DNA of 34,288 nucleotides from Octopus bimaculoides (Eukaryota). Positions 10,268 to 21,489 of this stretch are shown here, in pieces (position 1 is the first letter of the stretch; each line of letters begins with the position of its first letter). The notes beneath the pieces are model-generated. The model had not been told where the DNA came from, did no database searches, and saw nothing but the letters and a program-made list of their open reading frames with translations. The stretch lies in contig NC_068991.1 in the NCBI RefSeq assembly GCF_001194135.2, forward strand, positions 27,775,940 to 27,810,227, read 5' to 3'. The position numbers and the translations under genes are program-made.

Positions 10268-10483
10268 GAATCATTGAGAAGAAAATAGTTTTAGAGTTGT
10301 GTGGTTTCAGTGATAGGTAGGGCCAGATTGGATTGGCTCTTAAATTGATATTTTTTAAGAGTAAGTTGGAGCAGGTTACATGTAATGGGAGGTGGGAATG
10401 AGGTAGCTGCATTGTGGAGTGTATCAGTCCGTCTTAGAAAATATTCATTATTTCTCTGTGATATTACGATGATGATAATCTCT

Positions 10484-10762
10484 CCTGTCGAAGACAACGT
10501 ATGAATGTCCAGCTTTTGCCAAACAACCTGCACAAATGGTTTGTTTATAGTGATCAAGTGTTTGTGCCACACATTGGCTCACTCTCTCCAACAAACTGAT
10601 TTTGTTTGAACAGGTGCATGGTGTACCACATGTTGGGTGTCGTAGTGATTGCATCGCAATGAGAGATAGTGTTTTTCTCAAGAACAGTGCATCACTCGGT
10701 CTAGGAATTGAAATCACAATCACCAGATCATGCGTGCAACACCCTAACCATAAAGCCATGCA
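10484..10762 (-). mobile_element. tRNA-derived SINE with a head related to the 14065 copy
   Basis: The - strand begins TGGCTTTATGGTTAGGGTGTTG...GATTTCAATTCC...TTCTTGAGAAAAACACT. This accounts for the spurious ORFs at 10291-11042. Confidence 0.65.
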
Positions 10763-10821
10763 CCCAATAATTATAATAATAATAATAGTAAAAGAAAATC
10801 TGTATTACCAATCATGTGTAA

Positions 10822-11048
10822 ATATGGTTATGTGGTTAAGAAGTTTGCTTTGTGACCATGTACTCTGTTTCAGTCCTACTACATGGCATCTTAGGAAAAT
10901 GTCTTCTACTATAGATTCAGGCCAGCCAATGTCTTATGAATGCAATAGACGCTGTACAGAATATATAATATATATATATATATATAATCTGCTCAATAAA
11001 CTCAGTACAACTCATATGCAAGCATGGGAAAGTGGATATTAAAATGAC
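10822..11048 (+). mobile_element. SINE family A head joined to an RTE-type tail
   Basis: Family A head, (TA)n, then CATATGCAAGCATGGGAAAGTGGATATTAAAATGA, which resembles the 3' end of the RTE copy at about 23690-23729. Confidence 0.7.
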
Positions 11049-11053
11049 GTGTA

Positions 11054-11086
<33 letters not shown>

Positions 11087-12900
11087 TTATATATATATAT
11101 ATCAGATGAAGCAGAAAGCCAGGAGACTGTTGTGATCTGTATTGGCAAGACTTGTATTATTTAGAAGAAGTGACAGTAGTAGTATTGTGAAATTTCCCTG
11201 TAGAATAGCATATCCAATGTTTTAGACAATCCATCTTCAACATAAAGTTGACTGGAGGCAATTAAAAAAGACAGCAGAGTTTTCCCTCTTCTATGTTTGA
11301 GAAAGTGGCTGCAACTGATGGGGAATGCAAGACAGCCTGACCCTAATGTGTAGACAGGAACTTGTAGGAGGGAAAAACTGGGTGAGAGAGACAGAAGGAA
11401 AGAGAAATGAATAGAGAAAGAGAAGCAGGTGAGAAGAGTACAGGGCTGAAGAATAAGAATAAGATACCAAGTTCAAATATGAAATGCTCTTGTGTATGTG
11501 GATCCATGGCATGCAGTGGTTTGCGTTGGGCTTAGCAGTCAGATACATTGAATGCACACAAATCCGAGGTTTTCCTTTTTTTTTCTTCCTGTCCTTACTG
11601 CCGAGTTTTCATTACATCTATTGTGAGTGCACCACCAGTACAAATTCCCACGAACCACTTTCTTAGTCATATTGTGCCTAGATTTACTACACTTTTTTTT
11701 TAGGGATAACACCCTTTTCTTTCAAATAATATGCAGCATCCACCTCTGTTTTGAATATCTCCTTCAGACTGTTACATTTAAATGACTTGGATTCAGCCAT
11801 TCTAGGTTTTTACCAACAAGTAAAAAGTAAATAAACACAAAAACTTCACAAAAGGCAAAAAAATTATAGAAACACAAAAACTTCATGAAATATATGTAAA
11901 ATACTACAAAAATTCATGAAAAATACCTAAAATAAAATTCTAATTAATATAAGCACAGGTAATGTATGTTTTATAAAGTTTGCATAAAAATAACAAAATC
12001 GAAGCATGTACAGAGAAGAATTCAGCACAGCGAGGCAAAATAGAACACATAAGTTGTCATATGTTGCTAAGATAACTAGATGTTAATGCCTCACTGTCTT
12101 TTTGATTGGCTAAAATCACACAAATTTTCCAACTTCAATTCCAAATAACATCAGATTCTTTAATTTATGAGATAAAGTAATTGGTTGAGTGTAATCAAAA
12201 TTCTGAACACCATCCATTGCCCAAATTTGAAAACAATCTGTGCAAAGTTAAAAGGGGGTTGATTTTGTGACTCAAGCTGACTAGATCCGAAAAAGAAATT
12301 GGAAAATCGTGACCAAAACAGAAAAATTCTAACTTAACAAAAAATATAGAAAGAAAAGGTTCTGTTTTCCAAAGCCAAAAGATGTGTTTTTAGCTGAGGT
12401 GTAATTTTATAATTAACACAAATTGAAAATTTAGATTTCGGAACATAAGACTTACCACATTATTTGGTGTATGGCCGCAGATCAAATGGGTACAAAGCCT
12501 AAAACAAATATGTGTGTGTGTGGTTGGACCTTTATTAGCCAGGGATCAATTTAAGTTCAATCACAGAAAGGAATTCAAAATGGCAACACATACAATCATA
12601 TACAAACATTCCCATACATACACAAACACATACCAATCAGCCACTCCCATAAGCCAGTTTCATCCAAAATTCTGACCACCATTCTTTATATATTTGCACA
12701 CATAACACACACATTCAGCTTTTTGCTTTTATTCATAACTTTTTTTTTCTTTTAGTCGACTGTCACTATTCTTCTGTTTTTAGTTTTTGTTTTTTCACTT
12801 TAGCGACACCAGTTACACATGGTACCAGGAATTTGCTTGGTGTCACCAAAGTAGAAAAAGTGTATTTTTAAGTTTTTGAAAATTTGAAACAAAAAGGCAT

Positions 12901-12902
<2 letters not shown>

Positions 12903-12935
<33 letters not shown>
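12903..12935. repeat. Poly-T run (33 nt)
   Basis: Direct inspection. Confidence 0.95.
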
Positions 12936-12936
<1 letters not shown>

Positions 12937-13449
12937 TGTTGAGCAGAAAAGTGTCTCTGCAAGAATCTGTATACCTGAACATTTTTGTGAATACATATGG
13001 AGACACAAGATGTTGGCTTTACTGTCTACATGGAACAATATTGGTTATAATATAAAATTCAATTTTTGTGTTTTTTCACTTGATTCTCCTATTACGATGG
13101 AACATCTTGCAGTCTTAAAGCAGCAAATTTAAATAATTTAAAAGGAAAAGAAAAATACAGTGTCTATTTCATTGATTAATCTTAATGATTTTTCATGAGA
13201 GACAAACGTGTTCACTCAAGAATACACTTGTGCTTTAAAGTCAGCTATTGATTTTTGCTATTTTATGTAACACGTTTTCACTATTGTACTGAACACCAAG
13301 ATTTACTCAGTCAAAAAGCTGTTGCTTTTGTTTGTAAATACTTGTTTCGGTCACTCCTTCTCTTCTTTGTTTCATTGGAAATGAATGTATACTGTTTAGT
13401 ATGAAAAGTTGCTTCTGTAGCTTTCATTTTGTTACATTCAGGTCTAACA

Positions 13450-13650
13450 TTGGCACAAAACCATTCCTTTTTTGAGAAAGAGAGTCATTAAAATACACCC
13501 CCACCCCAGTACGTGACTTATCCCTTATTTCATTAACCCCAGAAGGATAAATGGCAAAGTTGATCTTGGCAGGATTTTGAATTCAAAACATAAAGGGCTT
13601 TAACTAAATACCACAAAGTATTTTGTCTGATGCTCTACAGATTCTGCTAA
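13450..13650 (-). mobile_element. Diverged SINE family B copy
   Basis: TTGGCACAA...CCCCAGTAC...GGCAAAGTTGATCTTGGCAGGATTTTGAATTC...GATTCTGC. Confidence 0.75.
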
Positions 13651-13915
13651 TTTGTAGCTTTCATTTTTTTTTTTTTTTTTGCATGGAGTCTTTTTTTTTT
13701 TTTCTTCTAAAGGATGCGTTTTAACTCTTATAGCATCATCATTATATGAAGTCTTATTCAGACATTTTGAATCAGTGTTTTCTGATATTTAAATATTTAG
13801 AAATTTCTACCAAAGTTCCTTGAACAATTTCCATTTTGCTATATCATGAATGAATAAGTGTTTGTTTTATTTTTGTTGTATTTTCATATCTCAATGAATG
13901 TTTTATTTATTCCAG

Positions 13916-13997
13916 CTGATGAACTTAATAGTCAGTTGACACAATGGTTATCAAAAGTACAAGCAGTCCATTCTCCAGCCAGAGCTATTATTGCACC
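13916..13997 (+). CDS. MEMO1: MEMO1 coding exon 2 (82 nt; [28 protein letters not shown])
   Basis: TTCCAG acceptor and GTAAGT donor; frame continues from exon 1; matches human [26 protein letters not shown] as recalled. Confidence 0.97.
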
Positions 13998-14064
13998 GTA
14001 AGTTATTCTATACAACTACAACATTGGTTTTGTAAAAATTTGTACTTTATTATTAGCTAATTAG

Positions 14065-14384
14065 TGAAGGCATGTGGCTTAGTGGTTAGGGCATTCGGCT
14101 ACCAATCGTAAGATCATGAGTTCAATTCCTGGCAACACATTGTCTCTTTGAGCAAGACACTTTATTTCATGTTCCTCCAGTTCACTCAGCTGGCAAAAAT
14201 GAGTTGTACCTGTATTTGAAAGAGCCAGCCTTGTCATACTCTATGTTACACTGAATCTCCCTGAGAACTACGTTAAGGGTACATGTGTCTGTGGAGTGCT
14301 CAGCCACATGCATGTTAATTTCACAAGCAAGCTGTTCCATTGATCAGAGCAACTGGAACCCTTGTCATCATAACAGAGTGCCAG
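14065..14384 (+). mobile_element. Full-length tRNA-derived SINE with 13-bp TSD
   Basis: A box TGGCTTAGTGG near 14074, B box GTTCAATTCC 14120-14129, central TTGAGCAAGACACTT segment; perfect TSD ATTAGCTAATTAG at 14052-14064 and 14385-14397. Confidence 0.9.
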
Positions 14385-14932
14385 ATTAGCTAATTAGCAT
14401 ACCCTTACTATCAAATGTAGTGATTATTTTAGCTCAGCATTTTTTCGATTACATTTTCAATATTTTGAATAAATTTTGTTTTTTGGGGTTTTTTCTTGTT
14501 ATTTTGGACTGTTTTAAACTGTTGTCAATGTAAAGAAACTGCCCGAATAGAAAGTGAAATTTAGTTGGCAGGGAATACAAGAAGCCTGATCTGCGTGTGT
14601 GTCCACACACACACACACACACACACAGATAAACAGGGTGTGTACAGTGTGACCACCTATTGCAATATATGGGCACAGTCTGGTGGCTTCAGTTGTAACT
14701 AGTGACCTAACCTGTACACACAAACACATTTTAACATCTACTTTCCCATACTTGCATGGGGCACATGAGAGTAAGCTGGAGCACAGTTCTCTAAGATTGG
14801 GTGCTCTTCGTGATACCAAACCTTACCTGGTTCTAAGCAAGGTAATAATTCCCCAGTTTGTTGACTATCAAACAGCCTAAACATGGATATGCAGAGAAGT
14901 GGATATGTTTTAAAAGATTATGTAACAAGTAA

Positions 14933-15084
14933 GAGTGGCTGTGTGGTAAGTAGCTTGCTTACGAACCACATGGTTCCAGGTTCAGTCTCACTGCGTGGCA
15001 TCTTGGGCAAGTGTCTTCTATAGCCTCGGGCCGACCAAAGCCTTGTGAGTGGATTTGGTAGACGGAAACTGAAAGAAGCCCGTC

Positions 15085-15125
<41 letters not shown>

Positions 15126-15352
15126 GTATGTATGTATGTGTGTGTATATTTTTGTGTGTCTGTGTTTGTCTCCCCAACATTGCTTGACAACCAATGCTGG
15201 TGTGTTTACGTCCCCGTAACTTAGCGGTTCGGCAAAAGAGAACGATAGAATAAGTACTAGGCTTACAAAGAATAATTCCTGGGGTCGATTTGCTCAACTA
15301 AAGGCAGTGTTCCAGCATGGCCACAGTCAAATGACTGAAACAAATAAAAGAG
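14933..15352 (+). mobile_element. SINE family A (head TGGCTGTGTGGTAAG, internal TA/TG microsatellite, tail GACTGAAACAA..AAAGA), least diverged copy
   Basis: tRNA-like A/B boxes (TGGCTGTGTGG; GGTTCAGTC) and many homologous copies across the window. Confidence 0.9.
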
Positions 15353-15689
15353 TAAGTCAAGAAGCCCAGATATGCTTTGTGGTAGGTTGCAAGCAAACAA
15401 CACTGTATTCTTGCAAGGCCTTTTATTTACAACCAGCAAACACACTTAGCATAAGCAGAAAAATATATAACTTTCTCATGCTCACATGCAATTCATTAGA
15501 GCAGATTGTCTGCAGCCAGATGCCCTTCCTGTTGCCAATCCTCACCTGTTTCCTGGCGAGGTAATATTTACCCATAGTCAGACTTGCTGTCACAGAAAAT
15601 TGGAAATGGACACCATTCTTTTGATAGTAAAGCTTGTTTTTATGACTCATGTGATGTTAAGACAAGGATACACACACACACACACACAC

Positions 15690-16420
15690 ATGATGAACTT
15701 GTTTCCATCTACCAAAATCCATTCACAAGGTTTTGGTTGACTCAAGATGTGCCACACAGTGGGACTAAACCCAAAACTATGTGGTTGAGTAGCAAACTTC
15801 TTAACCACACCACCACACCTACACCTATATATCAATTTAACGACCATTTTCCATGCTGACATGGGTTGGATGGTTTGACAAGATCTTAGAACTGTTTTGA
15901 GGTGCAATGTCTGCTTTGGCATGTTTTTTACAACTAGGTACCTTTCCTGATGCCAACCACTTCACAGTGTACTGGGTGTTGTTTTTGTATGGCATCACCA
16001 TTAGTAAGGTCACCAAATAACTTGCAAAACAATACCTTTCGACTGAGTACTGGGGTGCAATATTGAAGAGGTGGCTTTGTGCCAGGTATTAAGAGGCTAA
16101 TGCATGATAGAGGGATGATAAGAATTAGTATCTTGCTGTAGTGATAACATAACTACTCCTGCTGGAACAAAGATGGTGATGAGGTGTTAGGGGGTAGCAT
16201 CAACATACAAGGTGAATAAAGAGAGAATAGTGTAAAAGAATCAAGGATGGTTGGATAGGGTGTTCTGTATGGGCTTTTTCCACTTTCTGTCTACTAAATC
16301 TGCTCACAAGGTTTTTGGTCAATCTGAAGTTATGGTAGAAAACATTTAAACAAGATGCCACACAAAGGAACAGAACCTGAAGCAATGTGGTTGGAAAGCA
16401 CATTTCTTAGTCATGCAACC
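15690..16420 (-). mobile_element. Cluster of antisense repeats: family A heads (about 15690-15822 and 16255-16420) flanking an RTE-tailed element (about 15832-16230)
   Basis: Reverse-complement homology to the family A head and to the CCCATGCCAGCATGGAAA..TTAAATGAT tail. Confidence 0.7.
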
Positions 16421-17124
16421 ATTCCTTCACCAGTGTGTGTGAATGTGTGAGTATTCCCCCTTCACATGTGCAAACTGATTGAATGAAAAACATCATCTTT
16501 TATAATATAAGCTGTATCGTTTGTTTGCAATTCTCTGCAAAATCACATCTAGGTTGTCCTACTACAAAGCAAACAAATGAGAGTTAGTGACAGGAGGAGC
16601 ATCTGGCCATAGGAAAAATCTGCCACAACAGTCTTATCTAACCCATGCAAGCATAGAAAAATGAGCAATAAAATGTTGGTAATGATGGCATAAGATTAAA
16701 CTATACTTGAATACTTGAAAGATTAAATTGTGGACCTGTAAATTTGGTGATTTAGATTTTGCTATAAGAATTAAGTAAAATCCATGTGACTGAGATATCT
16801 ACCATTCATAGTTGTCTGGTTGCTTTTAAAGAGTATTTGGAATAAATGCTATTCATTGCACCAATCTTTCTTCAGTTTTCAAGGTCAGTCAGTCTTCTGA
16901 CATCAGTAGATGTCTCCACAATCTTGGTAAGAATAAGTGTGATTAGTTATCCTCAAGCCAGAAACCAGGTCCAAACACTTGTAACAGATTAAGCTCAACT
17001 AAGGGTACACTGAGACCAGGTGATGGGGTTAAGTTAGACATTAATAAATATCTTTGCATTGTCCTTTCCACAATATATCTCATGCTTAGAGATTTATAAG
17101 TTTGTGTTAGTAACATGTAAGAAA

Positions 17125-17292
17125 CACCTAGTACACTCTGAAGTGGTTGGCGTTAGGAAGGGCATCCAGCCATAGAAACCAAGCCAAAACAATACTGGAG
17201 CCTGGTACAGCTCTTCAGCTTACTGATCCCAGTCAAACTGTCTGTCCCATGCAAGCATGGACAATCGATGTTAAATGAAGAAGACGATGTTT
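17125..17292 (+). mobile_element. RTE 3'-end or RTE-tailed SINE fragment
   Basis: GTGGTTGGCGTTAGGAAGGGCATCCAGC...CCCATGCAAGCATGG...GTTAAATGAAGAAGA, shared with 32865-33040, 4255-4400 (-) and 26668-26715. Confidence 0.75.
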
Positions 17293-17339
17293 TATTAAGG
17301 ATTGTAGTCTTAAACTATGCAGTATATGTCCAAAATTTC

Positions 17340-17559
17340 ATAAATTCTTCATTGACTCCAACTTACCTGAAACTGCCCTTGGTTTTATGCAAACCTTCTG
17401 TTTTAAAGCAATCTAAACCTTCCATCAAAATTTTATGCAAATTTAAGTTCCAAATACCAGCTTAATAATGACATAATAATTTTACTAAACTCTTCGTTAT
17501 TTTCCGAATTAATTAAAATAAAAGTTGTATATTTCAACAGAAATATAACAAAGGAGTTA
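17340..17559. mobile_element. TTAA MITE copy
   Basis: AAACCTTCCATCAAAATTT...CCAGCTTAATAATGAC...TTTCAACAGAAATA, homologous to 21237-21599. Confidence 0.72.
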
Positions 17560-18492
17560 CTGTATTTTCTTGGTTTGACTGAATGCTGACTGTTGGTTCC
17601 GTCGACTACTAACCTAGAGATGCTGAGAGTCCTTTGTAAAGTTGTTATGAAGCATGTCATACTCTGTCTGTTGAGGACAGGATTAGTGTTCGATCAAAAA
17701 AGTTTCCACTCACTTTGTGCTTAATATTCTTAATTTTATGAAAGTCTAATATTCTTTAGTAATTTGACACCTAGAATTTCATTTTTGAAAAGTCTGTATG
17801 AGATGCTTTATTTCATTGTTAGTAATCTGTTACATCTTTTACCAGTGTCCGTGAGAATTACATGATTTTTGTCTTTGGGTAGCATCTGTTAATTAGTATT
17901 TGCTTACCACTAGAAAGTTTGAAAAGTAGTTAATATTTCCCTCAAACTTTACTTTTGTTACATTTATTCAAACCCCCAAAAATCCCACCCCCCAACATAT
18001 GGTTATTATGCTCCCTCATTACTCCTGCTCATGGTCAGAGATGCACATATTGTCAGCCAGTGGTTACAGTCAAGTAATTGACAAGCAAATCAGTGGTGTT
18101 GCACAAAATATTTGTTATAACAATATTTTTACTTCAGTAACTCAGAGCTGAATCTGTCTGAAATGTAATGGATTGGTTTCAAAACATTGATGCCCAGGTC
18201 ACAGAAGCAAAGTTTGAAGAGAATAGTATTAGAAGCAAATTGGAAATAACACTTACTGACCAAAGAAAAGAAAAAAATTTGTTACAGTGTTATTTGAAAT
18301 ATAGACATATTAAACAGTTAATGTACAACTTTATTTGCACAATGAATCCTGTAAATTTAAAGTTTTACTGGAAACCTAAACTGAATTATATACTTATATT
18401 TGTACCCTGATATATAAAATAAATTCATTGCTTTAATTAGAATTTTATTTCAGGATAATTTAACATTAGTAATATTTGTTTTTGTTCCTAAG

Positions 18493-18561
18493 CCATGCTG
18501 GTTATATCTACTGTGGAGCATGTGCAGCTCATGCCTACCGACAAATTGATCCTCAAAAAAT
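18493..18561 (+). CDS. MEMO1: MEMO1 coding exon 3 (69 nt; [23 protein letters not shown])
   Basis: CTAAG acceptor and GTAAGT donor; PHAGY motif with metal ligand H46 (human H49) and Y51 (human Y54). Confidence 0.97.
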
Positions 18562-18749
18562 GTAAGTAACAGCTTATATATCTGTTAACAGTAGTTTTTC
18601 CCTGTCTGTTGTGTTGCTCTCACCACTCCCAATATTATTATTATTTCTTTTACAACAGGTTGTCATTGTTAATGAATGATTATCGATATTTTGTTGCAGT
18701 TACTCTTGTATATCTGTCCTCTACCTAAAGTCTTACTGCTATAATCAAT

Positions 18750-18821
18750 ACTCTTGATGCCATTTTGTTGAAATCTGAGATCGTCTGATAATATATTTAT
18801 TAAATTTTATTTTATCCTTGT
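18750..18821 (+). repeat. 72-bp perfect direct repeat, copy 1 (copy 2 at 20663-20734)
   Basis: Base-by-base identity, 72/72. Confidence 0.97.
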
Positions 18822-18833
18822 TGGTGTGTTTAT

Positions 18834-19305
18834 GTTCTAACCATGAAGCCAACACATACTGACATATCTGAAGTTTGGCAAAAGAGACCAATAGAATAAC
18901 TACTAGGCTTACAAAGAATAAGTCCTGGTTTCTTCAGCTAACACCCTTTAAGGCGGTGCTCCAGTATGACTGCAAAGTGACTGAAACAAGTAAAAGAATA
19001 TAAGAATAAATATTCATAGGGCATCGCTTAAACATATGAGATCTGAGAGAGTGTACCAAGAAGTATTCATTTATCTTTAGAAAGAAGTCATCTACCTTTT
19101 ATCTAAATACCCTCTACTGCCTTAATTTGTTGAATCCTGTACTAAATACCTGCTGCTGAATAATGATTGCCAAGAGGTCTTGTAGAAGTTCCTAACTGGG
19201 AGAAGAAAAGAATCAGTATAACCAAATGATAAACTGATTGCAGTATAGCATGAATGCACCAAGAACTTCCGTTATGTCAGTATGTGTTGGCTTCATGGTT
19301 AGAAC
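18834..19305. repeat. 42-bp inverted repeats (18834-18875 and 19264-19305) enclosing 388 bp that includes a SINE family A tail
   Basis: 40/42 complementary, with the outer 33 bp perfect. Confidence 0.92.
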
Positions 19306-20220
19306 TCTTCAGAACATTTTTGTCACAAAATAGAAATTCTCTAAACTTTCACACTTTGGAGCCATTAATTTTTTTTTTTTTTTTTTTCTCTCAACTCTTT
19401 CCTCCATGGCTTCTACTCCGTTGTTTATAGATGTTGAAAATCATGGTTACTGGAACGATTCCACATTGAATGCAATGTTTAAAGATTAATTTAACTTAAT
19501 TCTAGCAATCAAATACCTCTCAGACTCAGGACAGCTGGTTGACTTATTAAAGCATTGGATAGATTATTTCATATTAATTATTCTAGCTCTCTTTGCTCTG
19601 AGTTGAAATTCTGCCAAGGCCAGCTTTGTCTTTCAGCCCTTCAAGGTTGATAATAAAGAACCTATCCTACTCTAGGATCAGTTTCACTCTGTACTTTTCT
19701 ATTTCTGAAAGAAATTAAACTGTTCAGACCTGGGGTGATATGGGCCCCACCAGGTCTAAAAATAACTTAAATTATTTGGGATCATTAATGATCCCAAATA
19801 CACTACAACGTATCATTATTAAGAAATATATAATTAGATACTTCAATCTTTTTCATATTGGCAATTTATTTTATTCAGAAACCTGTTACAGTTGTATTTA
19901 AGTCACTTGACCTGAAACTGACTTTTAAAAATGGAACAATTCCATCACAAAAACAATTCGATCACAACCACTGAACAACACAGAAGAATTGTTAGATTCA
20001 CTGTTCATTGATTTAAGAGTATTGACTTTAATGTCAAGCTATGTTGCACTCATGTGTAATTGAGCAGGTTGCAGAAATGCAACGAATCTTTCTGAGCCTT
20101 CATAATAGACTATTAAGAAATAAAGGAAAAGTGTATATAACAACTTTTGTGTGTTTTTAAATGACTAAAATGATTTCCTGCCGTTATAAACTGTAGCGAA
20201 ATATTCTCTTTCTGTTTCAG

Positions 20221-20333
20221 TAAAAGAGTATTTATCCTAGGTCCTGCTCATCATGTCCGTCTTTATGGTTGTGCACTGTCAGCAATGGAGAAGTATCAGA
20301 CCCCTTTTTATGATCTCACTATTGACAGTAAAG
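20221..20333 (+). CDS. MEMO1: MEMO1 coding exon 4 (113 nt; [37 protein letters not shown])
   Basis: TTTCAG acceptor and GTAATT donor; ILGPxHH motif with H78 (human H81). Confidence 0.97.
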
Positions 20334-20408
20334 GTAATTTCTAACTTCGCTACTTTGGATCTGGCTTCCTCTTATATAAAGTTAACTTTTTTTTGGCTGT
20401 CTTTTTCG

Positions 20409-20772
20409 TTATTACCTTGCGCACGTAAGCGAAAGTAGGGTATTGTAGTCACTCGTCTTTGTCTGTCTGTCTGTCTGTGTTTGCAAAATTACTAGAAAAC
20501 GGCTGAACGGATTTTCACCAAATTTGGCAGAAATACTCATTGGGTGAGTGGCTCGAACTCATTATTTTGGTTTGATTATCTTCAAAACTGGTGGACAGGT
20601 GAATCAAAATGTTTTTTTTTTTACTTTGTTTACATATGCATTAACGATAAGCAGGGGAAATAACTCTTGATGCCATTTTGTTGAAATCTGAGATCGTCTG
20701 ATAATATATTTATTAAATTTTATTTTATCCTTGTGTGCGCGCAGGTAGGCATCACTCCACCGATGCCTTTTT
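20409..20772 (+). mobile_element. DINE-1/HINE-like non-autonomous rolling-circle (Helentron-associated) element
   Basis: TTATTACC start; imperfect subterminal IRs TACCTTGCGCAC and GTGCGCGCAGGTA; (GTCT)n near the 5' end; 3' hairpin AGGCATC-8nt-GATGCCT (20747-20768) followed by a T run; T-rich target. Confidence 0.72.
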
Positions 20773-21070
20773 TTTTTTCTTCTTTTTCATTGTAAACTGT
20801 TTTTTCTCATTAAATACTAATTAATTTGATAGCAGAGAAAGTAATAAACTATTTATATGGGTATTTGCCAGTGTACAATAAATAGTAGTTTCTTACAAAT
20901 AAGTCAATTTGATGGGATAGAATGTCTCTCAGGTATATTAAACCTGAAGGAACAAGGCAAAACAAGGTGTACAGATTCTGAAGCCAATACTTGCTCTCCT
21001 TTGGGTTTCACTCTTGATACAAATCCATTGCCTTGACTGTTTTTATTCCTGTTACAAATTCCTTTCTTAA

Positions 21071-21232
21071 CCCTTTAGCATTTAAACCGGCCATATCCAA
21101 CCCAAGTATTGTACCTGTTTTATGTCAAACTGGCCAGATCATTGTAATCTTGATGCTTTGAGATAATGCTTAAGTGAAAATAATGTGAAAGAATAAACGT
21201 TGCATTGACAGGATAATCTGAATGCTAAAAGG
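21071..21232. mobile_element. TTAA-targeting MITE, second family
   Basis: TTAA|CCCTTTAGCATT ... AATGCTAAAAGG|TTAA (11/12 TIR match). Confidence 0.82.
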
Positions 21233-21283
21233 TTAAAGTGATCTTAATTACAAACCTTCCATCAAAATTTCATGTTAATTTAA

Positions 21284-21489
21284 CCCTTTCGTTATTGTAT
21301 TTGTTTTGAGATGCTCTGTGTTTCTTTCAATTACTTTATAACAAAGAATTTAGTAAAATAACTTATCATTCGGCTAGTGTTAGGAATATAAACTGTGACT
21401 AAGGTTTGGCGGAAGATTTTAATTCAAAACTTATGAAAACAAGACATTTGTACTCAGAGCCAGTTTCAGCTGATTTGGTAACGAAAGGG
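21284..21489. mobile_element. TTAA-targeting MITE (piggyBac-type ends), intact
   Basis: TTAA|CCCTTTCGTTA ... TAACGAAAGGG|TTAA: perfect 11-bp TIR and TTAA duplication at 21280-21283 and 21490-21493. Confidence 0.88.

Noticed and set aside
11820-11930. Short repeated motif AAACACAAAAACTTCA / ACAAAAATTCATGAAA
   Set aside because: Two to three degenerate A-rich copies, consistent with ordinary slippage.
14065-14135. tRNA gene
   Set aside because: A and B boxes are present but there is no cloverleaf; the sequence continues into a SINE body flanked by a TSD. The same applies to the other SINE heads.
18168-18410. 80-aa ORF just upstream of exon 3 as an alternative exon or nested gene
   Set aside because: No MEMO-like sequence or strong splice sites; at most a faint resemblance to a decayed RTE C-terminus.
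18481-18492. U12-type intron suggested by the unusual CTAAG acceptor of exon 3
   Set aside because: The intron 2 donor is GTAAGT (U2 type), not RTATCCTT; AAG is a less common but normal acceptor.
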